From Candidatus Magasanikiibacteriota bacterium (lineage in GTDB: Bacteria > Patescibacteriota > Patescibacteriia > Magasanikbacterales > UBA922), in assembly GCA_035389585.1 (NCBI GenBank), contig DAOOSC010000001.1, positions 6,290 to 70,289 on the forward strand: 64,000 nt of DNA, given 5' to 3'. This document shows, piece after piece, positions 26,634 through 36,494 of this stretch (the first letter of the stretch is position 1; each line of letters begins with the position of its first letter). The notes under the pieces were generated by a model. The model worked only from the letters and a program-made list of their open reading frames with translations, was not told where the DNA came from and did no database searches. The translations under genes and the position numbers were made by a program.

Positions 26634-27944
26634 ATGGCAAAATTCATCATTGAGGGTGGAAGAAAATTAAAAGGTGTTTTACCGGTAAGTTCAGCGAAAA
26701 ACTCGGCAGTTTCTCTACTTTGCGCGGCGCTCATGGTGAAGGGTGAAGTGACCTTGCGAGATGTGCCACGAATCGAAGAAGTGGACAGAATCCTCGAAAT
26801 TTTGGAAAGTCTTGGTGTGGGGATTGCATGGCGTGGCGAGCATACTCTTGTTTTGGATACGAGAGGTGATTTGGAAATGGTGCGGATCAATAAGCATGCT
26901 TGTGAGGTGACACGTTCGTCGATGCTCCTGCTCGGGGCTCTCGCGAAACGTGAGAAGAAATATAGACTATATAAATCCGGCGGTTGTAAATTGGGAGAAA
27001 GAACAGTTCGGCCACATTTGTATGCGCTTGAGAAATTGGGTGTGACGGCACGTTCGCGCGATAAATATTACGAGGTCGTGACAAATAATTTACAGGGCAC
27101 GGAAATTATCATGTATGAATCCGGCGACACACCAACAGAAAATGCGATTATGGCGGCGGTGCTGGCCGAAGGCGAGACGGTGATCAAATTTGCTTCCGCC
27201 AATTATATGGTTCAGGATCTGTGTTTTTTCTTGAATCGGGCAGGCGCGAAAATTGAAGGAATAGGTTCGACTACTTTGCGGATTCGTGGGGTGGCTCAGT
27301 TGAAAAACAAGATTGAATATGCCGTCATGCCGGATCCGATCGTGGCAATGGCATATATTTCGATTGCGATCACGACCGCTTCACCACTCACGATTGCGGG
27401 TTGTCCGATGGAATTTTTGGAATTGGAATTGGAAAAATTGCGGGTAATGGGGCAGAAATTTTCTTTGAAAAATGAAAGACAGAGTAATTCGGGAAAATTT
27501 CGTTTGGCAGATGTCGTGATCGAACCGTCACCACTCTCGGCCTTACCAGACAAAATCTATGGACGTCCTTTTCCAGGATTGAATATTGATAATTTACCGT
27601 TTTTTGTACCGATTTTCACACGGGCGCGCGGGCGTAGTCTGGTGCATGATTGGGTATATGAAAATCGGGCGATCTATTATCTCGAATTACAGAAATTGGG
27701 TGCGAAAATTACTTTACTTGATCCACATCGTGTGTTTGTGGAAGGTCCGACCAAGTTTCGCGCCAATGAGCTCATCTGTCCACCAGCGATTCGTCCAGCG
27801 ATGATTGTGCTCATCGCGATGCTCGCGGCACCGGGGCGTTCGGTCCTCCGCAATCCTTATCCGATTGAACGTGGCTATGAGAAGGTGACTGAAGTTTTGA
27901 GTGCGGTCGGTGCGAAGATTGAGAAAGTGGCGGATATAAATTAA
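26634..27944 (+). CDS. murA: UDP-N-acetylglucosamine 1-carboxyvinyltransferase
   Basis: Canonical MurA N-terminus 'KFIIEGGRKLKGVLPVSSAKNSAVSLLCAAL' and a length of about 436 aa. Confidence 0.9.
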   Translation: MAKFIIEGGRKLKGVLPVSSAKNSAVSLLCAALMVKGEVTLRDVPRIEEVDRILEILESLGVGIAWRGEHTLVLDTRGDLEMVRINKHACEVTRSSMLLLGALAKREKKYRLYKSGGCKLGERTVRPHLYALEKLGVTARSRDKYYEVVTNNLQGTEIIMYESGDTPTENAIMAAVLAEGETVIKFASANYMVQDLCFFLNRAGAKIEGIGSTTLRIRGVAQLKNKIEYAVMPDPIVAMAYISIAITTASPLTIAGCPMEFLELELEKLRVMGQKFSLKNERQSNSGKFRLADVVIEPSPLSALPDKIYGRPFPGLNIDNLPFFVPIFTRARGRSLVHDWVYENRAIYYLELQKLGAKITLLDPHRVFVEGPTKFRANELICPPAIRPAMIVLIAMLAAPGRSVLRNPYPIERGYEKVTEVLSAVGAKIEKVADIN

Positions 27945-27970
27945 GCAAATTATTTTTTAACTTTTTGTTT

Positions 27971-28390
27971 ATGGCACATGTTTGTTCGGCAACTTTGGTG
28001 CGGTGTATGGATTTTCGCCTCACTCGTGATATTCATGATTGGCTGGCCTCGAAGAATCTCGTCAATGACTGTGATATTATTTCTGTCGCTGGGATTGCGA
28101 AAGCGATTGCAGATGATCCGGATTCCGCGGACGCGCAATTTGTTTTGAAGCAAATTGCATTATCAAAAAAATTGCATGATACCAAAATTATTTATCTCAT
28201 GCACCATACGGATTGTGGGGCGTATGGCGGGCATTCAGCTTTTTCGGATCTCGTGACCGAGAAAACCAAATATAGGGAAGATATGCAGAAAGCAAAAGGG
28301 GTGATCGAGGGTTTGGTCTCGGGTGTGGAGGTAAAATTTGCGATTGCTGATATTTTGGATAACGGTCGAGTGGAGATAAAAGAAGTTTAG
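27971..28390 (+). CDS. Small beta-class carbonic-anhydrase-like protein of 140 aa
   Basis: The 'CMDFR' (CxDxR) and 'HHTDCGA' (HxxCG) motifs are spaced about 66 aa apart, as for beta-CA zinc ligands. The protein is much shorter than typical beta-CAs. Confidence 0.55.
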   Translation: MAHVCSATLVRCMDFRLTRDIHDWLASKNLVNDCDIISVAGIAKAIADDPDSADAQFVLKQIALSKKLHDTKIIYLMHHTDCGAYGGHSAFSDLVTEKTKYREDMQKAKGVIEGLVSGVEVKFAIADILDNGRVEIKEV

Positions 28391-28502
28391 TGGAGTGAGT
28401 AATCAAATAAAGTAAAAATGATCAAAAATACCGTTGGTTGACAAGCGGTATTTTTTGTGCTTAAATATAACCTCCTTGTTTTTTACAATTAGGGAGGCGA
28501 AA

Positions 28503-29558
28503 ATGGGTCAGTGTGAATTGGTGGAGATGTTTTTGGGGTACAATCGGTACTATATGGAGGAGTATCAAAAAGTACGTAATGAAGTATTTTCATTGGAGGA
28601 TAAATTAGGGGTGATTACCGTTGTCACTTCGTGTATTGATGGCCGAGTGAAGATGGCCAAGGTCTTCAAAACAATGGTCGAATTTCTGCATGAAATGACT
28701 TCGCCGGGCGGAATATATTCTCTCGGGGTGCGTTCGGTCGGTGATCATATCCGTCATGCTGTTGAGTATGCGGAAGGTCGCGGTCTCGGTACGCTCCTCA
28801 TTGGTACAGCGCATGAGTCTGGGAGACACAGAGATCATGGTTGTGCCGCTATGAATAACGACATCAAAAAAGCGCTTGCTGGCGTGGAAATTTTTCATCG
28901 GCAAGTCAAGCGAGCCTTCCCTCAGGTAGATTGCATCAGAATGTGTCTCGATACCGACGATGATTCGGTGGGGGTGCTTGATCCATCAGGGAATGTGGCC
29001 ATCAGAGTACAGGGAAGATCGCATGTCGGTCAAGAAGATAAAGATTTTTTGGAGCCACTTCAAAAAATCTCCACTGTTGATAGTTCGCGTACTTTGGATG
29101 ATGGCTCAATCCGGGCTCTCGCATATTTACTCGGCAATGCGGTGGAGAGACAAGAAGAATTGTTTGTCTGGCCTAAACCAGAACGACGTTTGTTCCACTG
29201 TGAGAGAGATATTTGTTTTGGCGATGGGCACAAATGGTATTCTCCGGATAATCTGACATTTCATGTTGGGGAGTGGTCATTGAATCCGGCTGATGACTTA
29301 TTGGTCGGGTTGAATCTGGTTGCACGCAATATTATCGAGGGGAAAATTAATATGGATGGCGGATTGTTTGTAGCCAGTAAAGGTTACCGTAAGGAACGTT
29401 ATCGGCATTTGGCAGTTATTGAGGCTTTGGAGTATCTCCGCTTCGGTATGGATGTGATGCGAAAACATAAATATTCTGATATTTTGACACGACATTTCGT
29501 GCCGATTGCGGTAGTGGTAGATATGAATACAATGGAGGCGAGCTTGGTGATTACTTGA
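28503..29558 (+). CDS. Hypothetical protein of 351 aa with an N-terminal beta-CA-like domain carrying a variant metal motif, plus a 230-aa C-terminal extension
   Basis: 'SCIDGR' (CxDxR) and 'DHGCAA' lie about 70 aa apart, mirroring the upstream paralog. An RBS AGGGAGG precedes the ATG at 28503. I did not recognise the C-terminal region. Confidence 0.5.
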   Translation: MGQCELVEMFLGYNRYYMEEYQKVRNEVFSLEDKLGVITVVTSCIDGRVKMAKVFKTMVEFLHEMTSPGGIYSLGVRSVGDHIRHAVEYAEGRGLGTLLIGTAHESGRHRDHGCAAMNNDIKKALAGVEIFHRQVKRAFPQVDCIRMCLDTDDDSVGVLDPSGNVAIRVQGRSHVGQEDKDFLEPLQKISTVDSSRTLDDGSIRALAYLLGNAVERQEELFVWPKPERRLFHCERDICFGDGHKWYSPDNLTFHVGEWSLNPADDLLVGLNLVARNIIEGKINMDGGLFVASKGYRKERYRHLAVIEALEYLRFGMDVMRKHKYSDILTRHFVPIAVVVDMNTMEASLVIT

Positions 29559-29650
29559 TCTTTTGAGTTTTGAACCTTAGTTCTTTTGGGGTGGTTTCGA
29601 CCACTCCTTTTTTTATTGCATTTATTTGGGAAAAATGTCATAATACAGGC

Positions 29651-30184
29651 ATGCGCGCAATTAGGCGCGGTATTATATTTTTTATGGAGAACATTTCATT
29701 TGCGGGGATAGCTAGCATGGCTGGCGGTTTTGTGTTTTTTTTGGTTGCGGCGTCTATTTGGACAGCTGTTTGGAAAGGTCTCGCTCTCTGGCGAGCGGCT
29801 CGTCTGAAGAGTGTTGGTTGGTTTGTGGCCTTGCTTTTCATCAATACAATGGGAATTCTCGAAATTATCTACATTCTCGCGGTTGCGAAGAAAATGAAAG
29901 GTCCGGAACTGCGTGACGGGAAGTTGCGTTTTTCCGAGGAGGAAGCCAAAGCTATCGGGGAGTTTCTCGGAATCAAATGGGATAAATACAACGTAGCGCA
30001 GTTTCATCGTGGCATGAATGTAGAACTCGAGCATGGTTCAGAGAATTCACTCACAGATGTGACGGGGGATGATGCTGTGTTGACCGGTAAAATTGCATTA
30101 GCCCATCTCAACGAATTTGCGGATTATTATGATCGTCTCGATCGAATGGAAGAAGATGCACACGCTTTTTGGGATAAGAAATAA
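29651..30184 (+). CDS. Hypothetical membrane protein with two N-terminal TM helices and a conserved-looking C-terminal domain carrying an 'ELEHG' motif
   Basis: A TTGCAT-N17-TCATAAT promoter-like element ends about 6 nt before the ATG, so the transcript may be leaderless. No family was assigned. Confidence 0.45.
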   Translation: MRAIRRGIIFFMENISFAGIASMAGGFVFFLVAASIWTAVWKGLALWRAARLKSVGWFVALLFINTMGILEIIYILAVAKKMKGPELRDGKLRFSEEEAKAIGEFLGIKWDKYNVAQFHRGMNVELEHGSENSLTDVTGDDAVLTGKIALAHLNEFADYYDRLDRMEEDAHAFWDKK

Positions 30185-30209
30185 TTGATAGTAAAATATA
30201 AATAAAATT

Positions 30210-30494
30210 ATGGCACTTTTCTTTGTCGGTATCATTGAGATGATAATCGTCAGTGTTTGGACAAAAGTCGTCACGGATTCCAAAATCATTGCGAGTGGGG
30301 TCGTCACCATCATTAATATTCTTATTTGGTATTATGTGCTTGAAAAAGTAGTGAGCGATATTGGTAATTGGAAATTGGTAGTATTATACGCTTTTGGTTG
30401 CGCGCTTGGGACGATGATGACAACAGCGTATTATAAGTACCAGGAAAAGAAAGCACCACCTAAAAAAGAAAACGTCAGCAAGTTGGTTGGTTAG
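30210..30494 (+). CDS. Small membrane protein of 94 aa
   Basis: Two or three hydrophobic helices and a Lys/Pro-rich C-terminus. Confidence 0.45.
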   Translation: MALFFVGIIEMIIVSVWTKVVTDSKIIASGVVTIINILIWYYVLEKVVSDIGNWKLVVLYAFGCALGTMMTTAYYKYQEKKAPPKKENVSKLVG

Positions 30495-30543
30495 AGCAAT
30501 CAATAGTTTGCTCGAATTAGGCATTAGGCTATTTTGAAATGTT

Positions 30544-33423
30544 ATGAATGAGTTGAACCAGGCACAAAAAACTGCGGTGGAATACACATCGGGTCCGCTT
30601 CTCATCGTAGCGGGAGCGGGGACAGGTAAGACCAAAGTAATTACTGAAAAAATTGCTTATATTATTGAATCCAGCCTAGCCAAGCCGGATGAGATTTTGG
30701 CGCTCGCGTTCAACGACAAAGCGGCTGGGGAAATTTCCGATCGAGTAGAAAATATTTTAGAGGGGGGATTTGTGGATTTGTGGGTGCACACTTTTCATGC
30801 TTTTTGTACACGCATTCTCGAGAAATATGGTCTCGAAATTGGTCTCCCGAATAAATTCAAAACTCTCACCGCGACAGATACTTGGATGCTCATGCGTGAG
30901 AATTTAGATCGATTCGATTTCGACTATTATCGTCCGCTCGGCAATCCGGCCAAGCATTTGCACGCTCTCCTCAAACATTTCTCCGCTTGCAAAGATGAGC
31001 TGATTACGCCGGAAGAATATTTAGCATATGCGGAATCAATCAAACTCGATACGGGGGATGTGAATGTCATAGAAAAAGAGCGAATAATAGAACTCGCCAA
31101 AGCTTATCAGACTTACAATCAAATTTTACTGGAGCATAATTATTTGGATTTTTCGGATTTAATTTTCTATACCGTAAAATTATTTGAAAAACGACCAAAT
31201 ATTCTCGCGGTACTTTGTCGCAAATTCAAATATGTCCTGGTGGACGAATTTCAGGATGTGAATTGGTCACAGTATAAACTGGCCAAAATGCTTACTCAAA
31301 GCGCTCAATTCACAGTTGTTGGTGATGACGATCAATCGATTTATGCTTTCCGCGGCGCTTCGGTGTCAAATATTTTGCGTTTCAAGACAGATTTTGCGAA
31401 TGCGCGCGAGGTCGTGCTCACAGAAAACTATCGCTCAGGGCAAGATATTCTCGATTTGGCTTATCGGGTGGTGAAAAACAATGATCCAGATCGATTGGAG
31501 TGTAGACTTGGGCTCACGAAAGAACTTAGGGCCGTGGGTGGCGAGAAGGGGGAAGTGAAATTGCGAGCTCATGACAATGGCCACAATGAAATTCGCGGGA
31601 TTGCCGAAAAAATTGCCGAATTACGTGCAAATCAGCCGGATTTATCTTGGAATGATTTTGCAGTGCTTGTGCGTAGCAATGCCCATATTGACGAAATTGC
31701 CAATACTTTCGATCGGCTTGGTGTTCCATATGAAGTCATGTCGGCGCGTGGTCTATATCGTCAACCAGTCGTACTCGATGCGATGTCGTATCTGCGAGCA
31801 GTCCAGAGTTATCACGAAAATGATGCCATTTACCGCCTCCTCAATTTGGCTATTTTTGGAATTTCCGATAATGATATTCGTCTTCTCACCACTCACGCGG
31901 ATCGTAAAAGTATTTCCTTGTTCGAAGCGGTGAAAATCGCGGCGACAATCGGAGTTTCGGTTGAGGGGATTTCGGGTACGGAGAGATTAATTGCGGAAAT
32001 AGATTTCGGCATGCAATCCGCCAGACGCGAGAAACCGACAATCATATTATTCAAATTTTTTGAAAGAAGCGGTTATCTCAAATGGCTGACCGAAGCGGAA
32101 GTGCGAGGTGATAGCGAGGCGATGCGTCAGATTTTCGAATTGCGCCAGTTTTTTAATTTTTTGGACAATTTCGAAAAACAAGCAGTAGTGCCGACACTTG
32201 ATTCATTCATGAAGTATTTCGCGTTGGTGCTCGATTCTGGAGATCTGGGGGAGAAGTATCGTCCGGAAGACACTCCCGATTCGGTCAATTTAATGACTGT
32301 ACACAATTCAAAGGGTTTGGAATTCAAATATGTTTTTGTACCAGCTTTGATCGAGGGTAAATTTCCATCGCGCAATCACGGTGGAGAAATCGATGTTCCT
32401 GTCGCCCTGATAAAAGAATCTCTACCAGAAGGAGATGGTCACTACGAAGAAGAACGGCGGCTTTTCTATGTAGCCACGACTCGTGCGAAGAGTGGTCTGT
32501 ATTTGTCTTATGCGGAATATTATGATGGTCGGAAGCAGAAATGCAAACCGAGTCGTTTCCTAAGCGAGGCTGGACTCGAAGCGGGAACTATGGTAGAAGA
32601 CGTTTCCAAATTTGATAAAATTGCCGATAGAAAACCACAGGCGATTGACAGCAAATTGCCATTGCCAGACAAATTTTCTATTTCACAAATTAAAGTCTAT
32701 TTGACTTGTCCTTATCAGTACAAATTAGACACGATTTTGCGTATTCAAAAAGCGCGTGGTGGGGCGATGAGTTTTGGTACCTCGATTCATAACACGCTTT
32801 ACAAATTCTATTCGCGGGTGATTGAATTAAACGAGGTTCGGGGTGGAGAAGTTATTGTCCCCAGTCTCGAAGAGTTTTTGAAATTTTATGAAGAATCGTG
32901 GATAGAAGATTGGTACGAAAGTCACGACCAGAGAGAGAAATATTTTCGTGAAGGTCGACGTATTCTGAAAAAATTCTATGAGGATAATACGAATCGGTGG
33001 ACAGTGCCGGTTGCGCTCGAAGTACCATTTTCCATGAAAATGGGTGGGCACGTCGTCCATGGTAGGATTGATCGGATTGATTGTTCGCCCGAGGGTAAAT
33101 TAGAGATTATCGATTATAAGACTGGTAAGACAAAGGAAAAAATAGAGAGTGATGATCGAGATCAGCTCCTCATCTATCAGCTCGCGGCCGAGAATTTACC
33201 TCAGTTATCGCGTCTCGGACCGGTAGAACATCTCACTTATCTGTATTTGACCGACAACACTCCACTGCGCTTCATTGGTAAAGAAAAAGATTTGGAGAAA
33301 TTTACGGAGAAGATTGTTTCGGCGATTGATCGGATTATGATGAGAGATTTCACACCTAGTCCGGACAAACGCAGTTGCGCATTTTGTGACTTTAAAAATA
33401 TTTGTGAATACCGTTTGGCTTAA
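30544..33423 (+). CDS. UvrD/PcrA-family ATP-dependent DNA helicase fused to a C-terminal PD-(D/E)XK nuclease domain with a Cys cluster (AddA/AddB-like)
   Basis: Walker A 'AGAGTGKT', UvrD motifs (VDEFQD, GDDDQSIYAFRGA), a C-terminal 'IDYKTGK' nuclease motif, and a terminal 'C..C.FC' cluster. Confidence 0.85.
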   Translation: MNELNQAQKTAVEYTSGPLLIVAGAGTGKTKVITEKIAYIIESSLAKPDEILALAFNDKAAGEISDRVENILEGGFVDLWVHTFHAFCTRILEKYGLEIGLPNKFKTLTATDTWMLMRENLDRFDFDYYRPLGNPAKHLHALLKHFSACKDELITPEEYLAYAESIKLDTGDVNVIEKERIIELAKAYQTYNQILLEHNYLDFSDLIFYTVKLFEKRPNILAVLCRKFKYVLVDEFQDVNWSQYKLAKMLTQSAQFTVVGDDDQSIYAFRGASVSNILRFKTDFANAREVVLTENYRSGQDILDLAYRVVKNNDPDRLECRLGLTKELRAVGGEKGEVKLRAHDNGHNEIRGIAEKIAELRANQPDLSWNDFAVLVRSNAHIDEIANTFDRLGVPYEVMSARGLYRQPVVLDAMSYLRAVQSYHENDAIYRLLNLAIFGISDNDIRLLTTHADRKSISLFEAVKIAATIGVSVEGISGTERLIAEIDFGMQSARREKPTIILFKFFERSGYLKWLTEAEVRGDSEAMRQIFELRQFFNFLDNFEKQAVVPTLDSFMKYFALVLDSGDLGEKYRPEDTPDSVNLMTVHNSKGLEFKYVFVPALIEGKFPSRNHGGEIDVPVALIKESLPEGDGHYEEERRLFYVATTRAKSGLYLSYAEYYDGRKQKCKPSRFLSEAGLEAGTMVEDVSKFDKIADRKPQAIDSKLPLPDKFSISQIKVYLTCPYQYKLDTILRIQKARGGAMSFGTSIHNTLYKFYSRVIELNEVRGGEVIVPSLEEFLKFYEESWIEDWYESHDQREKYFREGRRILKKFYEDNTNRWTVPVALEVPFSMKMGGHVVHGRIDRIDCSPEGKLEIIDYKTGKTKEKIESDDRDQLLIYQLAAENLPQLSRLGPVEHLTYLYLTDNTPLRFIGKEKDLEKFTEKIVSAIDRIMMRDFTPSPDKRSCAFCDFKNICEYRLA

Positions 33424-33429
33424 ATTTAT

Positions 33430-33741
33430 ATGACCATACCATCAACCTTATCATCGATTGGCGATACATTGAAAAATAAATTTGGTAATCAAGCGGGTGT
33501 TGCGAAAGGCGTGGAGGCCGCGCAGATCATCGAGGTTGCTCAGAAAATCATGGATAAAATTTTTTCTCCTGAATTGGCGGCGCTCATGAAACCGCTCTTC
33601 ATGAAAAACCGCACATTGACAATTTCGTGTAGCAGTTCCGCGGTGGCGCAGGAATTACGCCTTCATCAGAACGAAGTGGTAGAGCTCATGAACAAGGAGA
33701 TTGGTCGCAATGAAATTGACCGGGTGCGATATTTGTGTTAA
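33430..33741 (+). CDS. DUF721/DciA-like protein
   Basis: About 100 aa with a 'RTLTISCSSSAVAQELRL' core resembling the DUF721 (DciA) consensus. Confidence 0.5.
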   Translation: MTIPSTLSSIGDTLKNKFGNQAGVAKGVEAAQIIEVAQKIMDKIFSPELAALMKPLFMKNRTLTISCSSSAVAQELRLHQNEVVELMNKEIGRNEIDRVRYLC

Positions 33742-33806
33742 TCGGTAGCGTATCTTGCCAAAAATTGGTAAAAAGGCTACAATAGTTAGGCTAAAATTTC
33801 GTCTTT

Positions 33807-34190
33807 ATGAGCTTACGCCAATATCTCACAATCATGCTAATGTCTGCCGTTTTATGTTGGGTGGCATTCGCTATGGTCATCATTAATATTGATCCTTTCC
33901 AGGATGTTGGGGTTGGTTTTGCCTTTTTTTATGCCAGCCTGTTTTTTTCCTTATTAGGGACTTTTTCTTTATTTTCTTTCTGGGCGAGATGTTTCTCGCA
34001 ACGATCTAGATCAATTTTTCATTTGGTGCGAGCGAGCTTTCGTGATTCATTTATCATTTCCGCGGGAGTTTTAATTTTTCTGTTTTTAGCGAGTCGCGGG
34101 TTTTTGAATTGGATGACCGGCGGAATTCTTTTCGCGATTATGATTGTTTTCTCTATTTATATGTATTTATTGAATCGTTCGACTAATTAA
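33807..34190 (+). CDS. Hypothetical membrane protein of 127 aa with four TM helices
   Basis: A hydrophobic ORF with an upstream promoter-like TTGCCA-N17-TACAAT. Confidence 0.45.
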   Translation: MSLRQYLTIMLMSAVLCWVAFAMVIINIDPFQDVGVGFAFFYASLFFSLLGTFSLFSFWARCFSQRSRSIFHLVRASFRDSFIISAGVLIFLFLASRGFLNWMTGGILFAIMIVFSIYMYLLNRSTN

Positions 34191-34196
34191 AATATT

Positions 34197-35432
34197 ATGA
34201 AACAATCGAAACTTTTCACTACAACTGCCAAAAATGTTCCTAAAGATGAAGTGAGCCTGAACTCTGCTTTTCTTTTGCGGGCTGGTTATATTGATAAATT
34301 AGCCGCGGGGATTTATACATATTTGCCACTCGGTCTGCGGGTTTTGAATAACATAAAAAATATTATTCGTGAAGAGATGAACGCGATTGGCGCGCTCGAA
34401 ATCCTCATGCCGGCATTACAGCCAAAAGAAAATTGGGTGACGACAGGACGTTGGGACGATCTCGATGTGCTTTTCAAATTGAAGGGGGCGGGGGATAAAG
34501 ATTTCGCTCTGGGAGCGACTCATGAGGAAGTGGTGACGCCATTATTACGCAATTTCGTGAATTCATATAAGGATTTGCCGGTGGCGGTGTACCAGATTCA
34601 GGACAAATTTCGCAATGAAACGCGAGCGAAATCAGGGCTTCTTCGCGGTCGAGAATTTTTGATGAAAGATCTGTATAGCTTCCACGCGACCGTCGAAGAT
34701 CTCGACGCTTATTACGAGACCGTGATTGGGGCATATAATAAAATTTTCACACGCCTTGGGCTAGCCGCGATGGTAGTCGAGTCTTCGGGGGGGACTTTCA
34801 GCAAATTCAGTCATGAATTTCAAGTATTTATTGAGAATGGCGAGGATGATGTCTATGCCTGTGTTTGTGGTCGTCATCAGAACAGTGAGTTGGTGCCCGA
34901 TGGAAGTTTGAAATGCCCATATTGTGGCGCCGAGAGGGAGGTGCGTAAAGCAACTGAGGTAGGGAATATCTTCAAATTGATGACGAAATATTCAGGAGCT
35001 TTTGAAAATAAGTTCACTAATCAGGATGGTGTGCAAGAGACGGTGTTGATGGGTTGTTATGGAATCGGACCGTCGCGGGTCATGGGGACGATCGTCGAAG
35101 TGTCACACGATGATGCTGGGATTATTTGGCCAGAAGCGGTGGCACCATACAAATTTCATTTGATTTCGCTCGCGAAGACTCCGGAGGAAGAGGAGCAAAT
35201 CGAGAAAATTTATCAAACTCTCGGTGCCAAAATGACTCTCTACGATGATCGTTCCGACGCTCGGGCGGGGGAGAAATTTGCAGACGCCGATTTGCTTGGT
35301 TTGCCATGGCGAATTGTCGCGAGTAGTCGGACGCTTGCTGATGGGGCGATTGAATTGCGCCATCGAATTGACGGTACGACAGAATTATTGAAATTGGCGG
35401 ATTTTTATACTCGTTTCGAAGTGAAAAGATAA
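34197..35432 (+). CDS. proS: Proline--tRNA ligase, a short form lacking the editing insertion
   Basis: Class II aaRS motifs, and N-terminal 'KLFTTTAKNVPKDEVSLNSAFLLRAGYI' typical of ProRS. A CxxC...CxxC insert is present. Confidence 0.8.
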   Translation: MKQSKLFTTTAKNVPKDEVSLNSAFLLRAGYIDKLAAGIYTYLPLGLRVLNNIKNIIREEMNAIGALEILMPALQPKENWVTTGRWDDLDVLFKLKGAGDKDFALGATHEEVVTPLLRNFVNSYKDLPVAVYQIQDKFRNETRAKSGLLRGREFLMKDLYSFHATVEDLDAYYETVIGAYNKIFTRLGLAAMVVESSGGTFSKFSHEFQVFIENGEDDVYACVCGRHQNSELVPDGSLKCPYCGAEREVRKATEVGNIFKLMTKYSGAFENKFTNQDGVQETVLMGCYGIGPSRVMGTIVEVSHDDAGIIWPEAVAPYKFHLISLAKTPEEEEQIEKIYQTLGAKMTLYDDRSDARAGEKFADADLLGLPWRIVASSRTLADGAIELRHRIDGTTELLKLADFYTRFEVKR

Positions 35433-35438
35433 TTTGTT

Positions 35439-36491
35439 ATGTTTGATGCGCTTTATCGAAAATTCAGCCAAGATCTGGGGATTGATCTCGGCACCGCTAA
35501 TACGCTCGTCTATGTCCATGACAAAGGTATTGTGGTCAATGAGCCGTCATTTGTGGCAATCAATACAAAGACGGAGCAGATTTTGGCGGTTGGAAATGAG
35601 GCGAAAAATATGTTGGGGAAAACACCAGCGTATATTGTGATCAGTCGGCCGCTCTCGAATGGGATTATTTCTGATTATGAAGTGACGGAGAGGATGCTCA
35701 AATATTTCATCGACAAAGTGCATGAAGGCAGTTTTTCGCTGTTTGCGCGACCGAAGGTTGTGATCTGTACACCGCTCGAAGTGACGGAGGTAGAGATCAA
35801 GGCGGTCGAAGATGCTGTCCTCGCGGCAGGAGCGCGTGAAGTCCATATCGTCCAAGAGCCAATGGCAGCCGCGATCGGAGCGCGTATGCCAATTCAGGAT
35901 CCGGTCGGAAATATGATCGTCGATATTGGTGGAGGAACTTCTGAGGTGGCGGTGATTTCACTCGGTGGTGTCGTCACTTGGAAATCGACCAATGTTGCGG
36001 GAGATGAATTTAATCGTAATATAATTCAGTACGCACGCGAAGTGTTCAATATGTTCATCGGCGAGTCACATGCCGAACAGATAAAAATAAAGATTGGTTC
36101 AGCGATGGAGATGGGGGAGAAAATGGAATTTCCAATGCGCGGTCGTGATGTGATGACTGGTCTCCCAAAAGAAATCATGATCAGCGATGCGCAAATACGC
36201 GAGGCGCTCGGTCGGTCGATCAATACAATCGTCGAACTCATAAAAATGACTCTCGAAACCACCCCGCCAGAACTTACAGCGGATATTCATGAACGGGGAA
36301 TGCTTTTGACCGGCGGAGGAGCTCTGTTGCGTGGTATTGATAAGGTGATTTCACGCGCGGCGGAAATTCCAGTCAGAATTGCAGATGATCCATTGACGGC
36401 AGTGGTGCGGGGTACTGGCATATTGCTTGAAGATTCGGTCTTGCTGGCTGGGGTTGGGTTACCATCAGCTCGTGATGTTAAGAAAAAATAG
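35439..36491 (+). CDS. mreB: Rod shape-determining protein MreB
   Basis: Actin-fold motifs 'IDLGTANT' and 'VDIGGGTSEVAV'. Confidence 0.9.
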   Translation: MFDALYRKFSQDLGIDLGTANTLVYVHDKGIVVNEPSFVAINTKTEQILAVGNEAKNMLGKTPAYIVISRPLSNGIISDYEVTERMLKYFIDKVHEGSFSLFARPKVVICTPLEVTEVEIKAVEDAVLAAGAREVHIVQEPMAAAIGARMPIQDPVGNMIVDIGGGTSEVAVISLGGVVTWKSTNVAGDEFNRNIIQYAREVFNMFIGESHAEQIKIKIGSAMEMGEKMEFPMRGRDVMTGLPKEIMISDAQIREALGRSINTIVELIKMTLETTPPELTADIHERGMLLTGGGALLRGIDKVISRAAEIPVRIADDPLTAVVRGTGILLEDSVLLAGVGLPSARDVKKK

Positions 36492-36494
36492 AAT

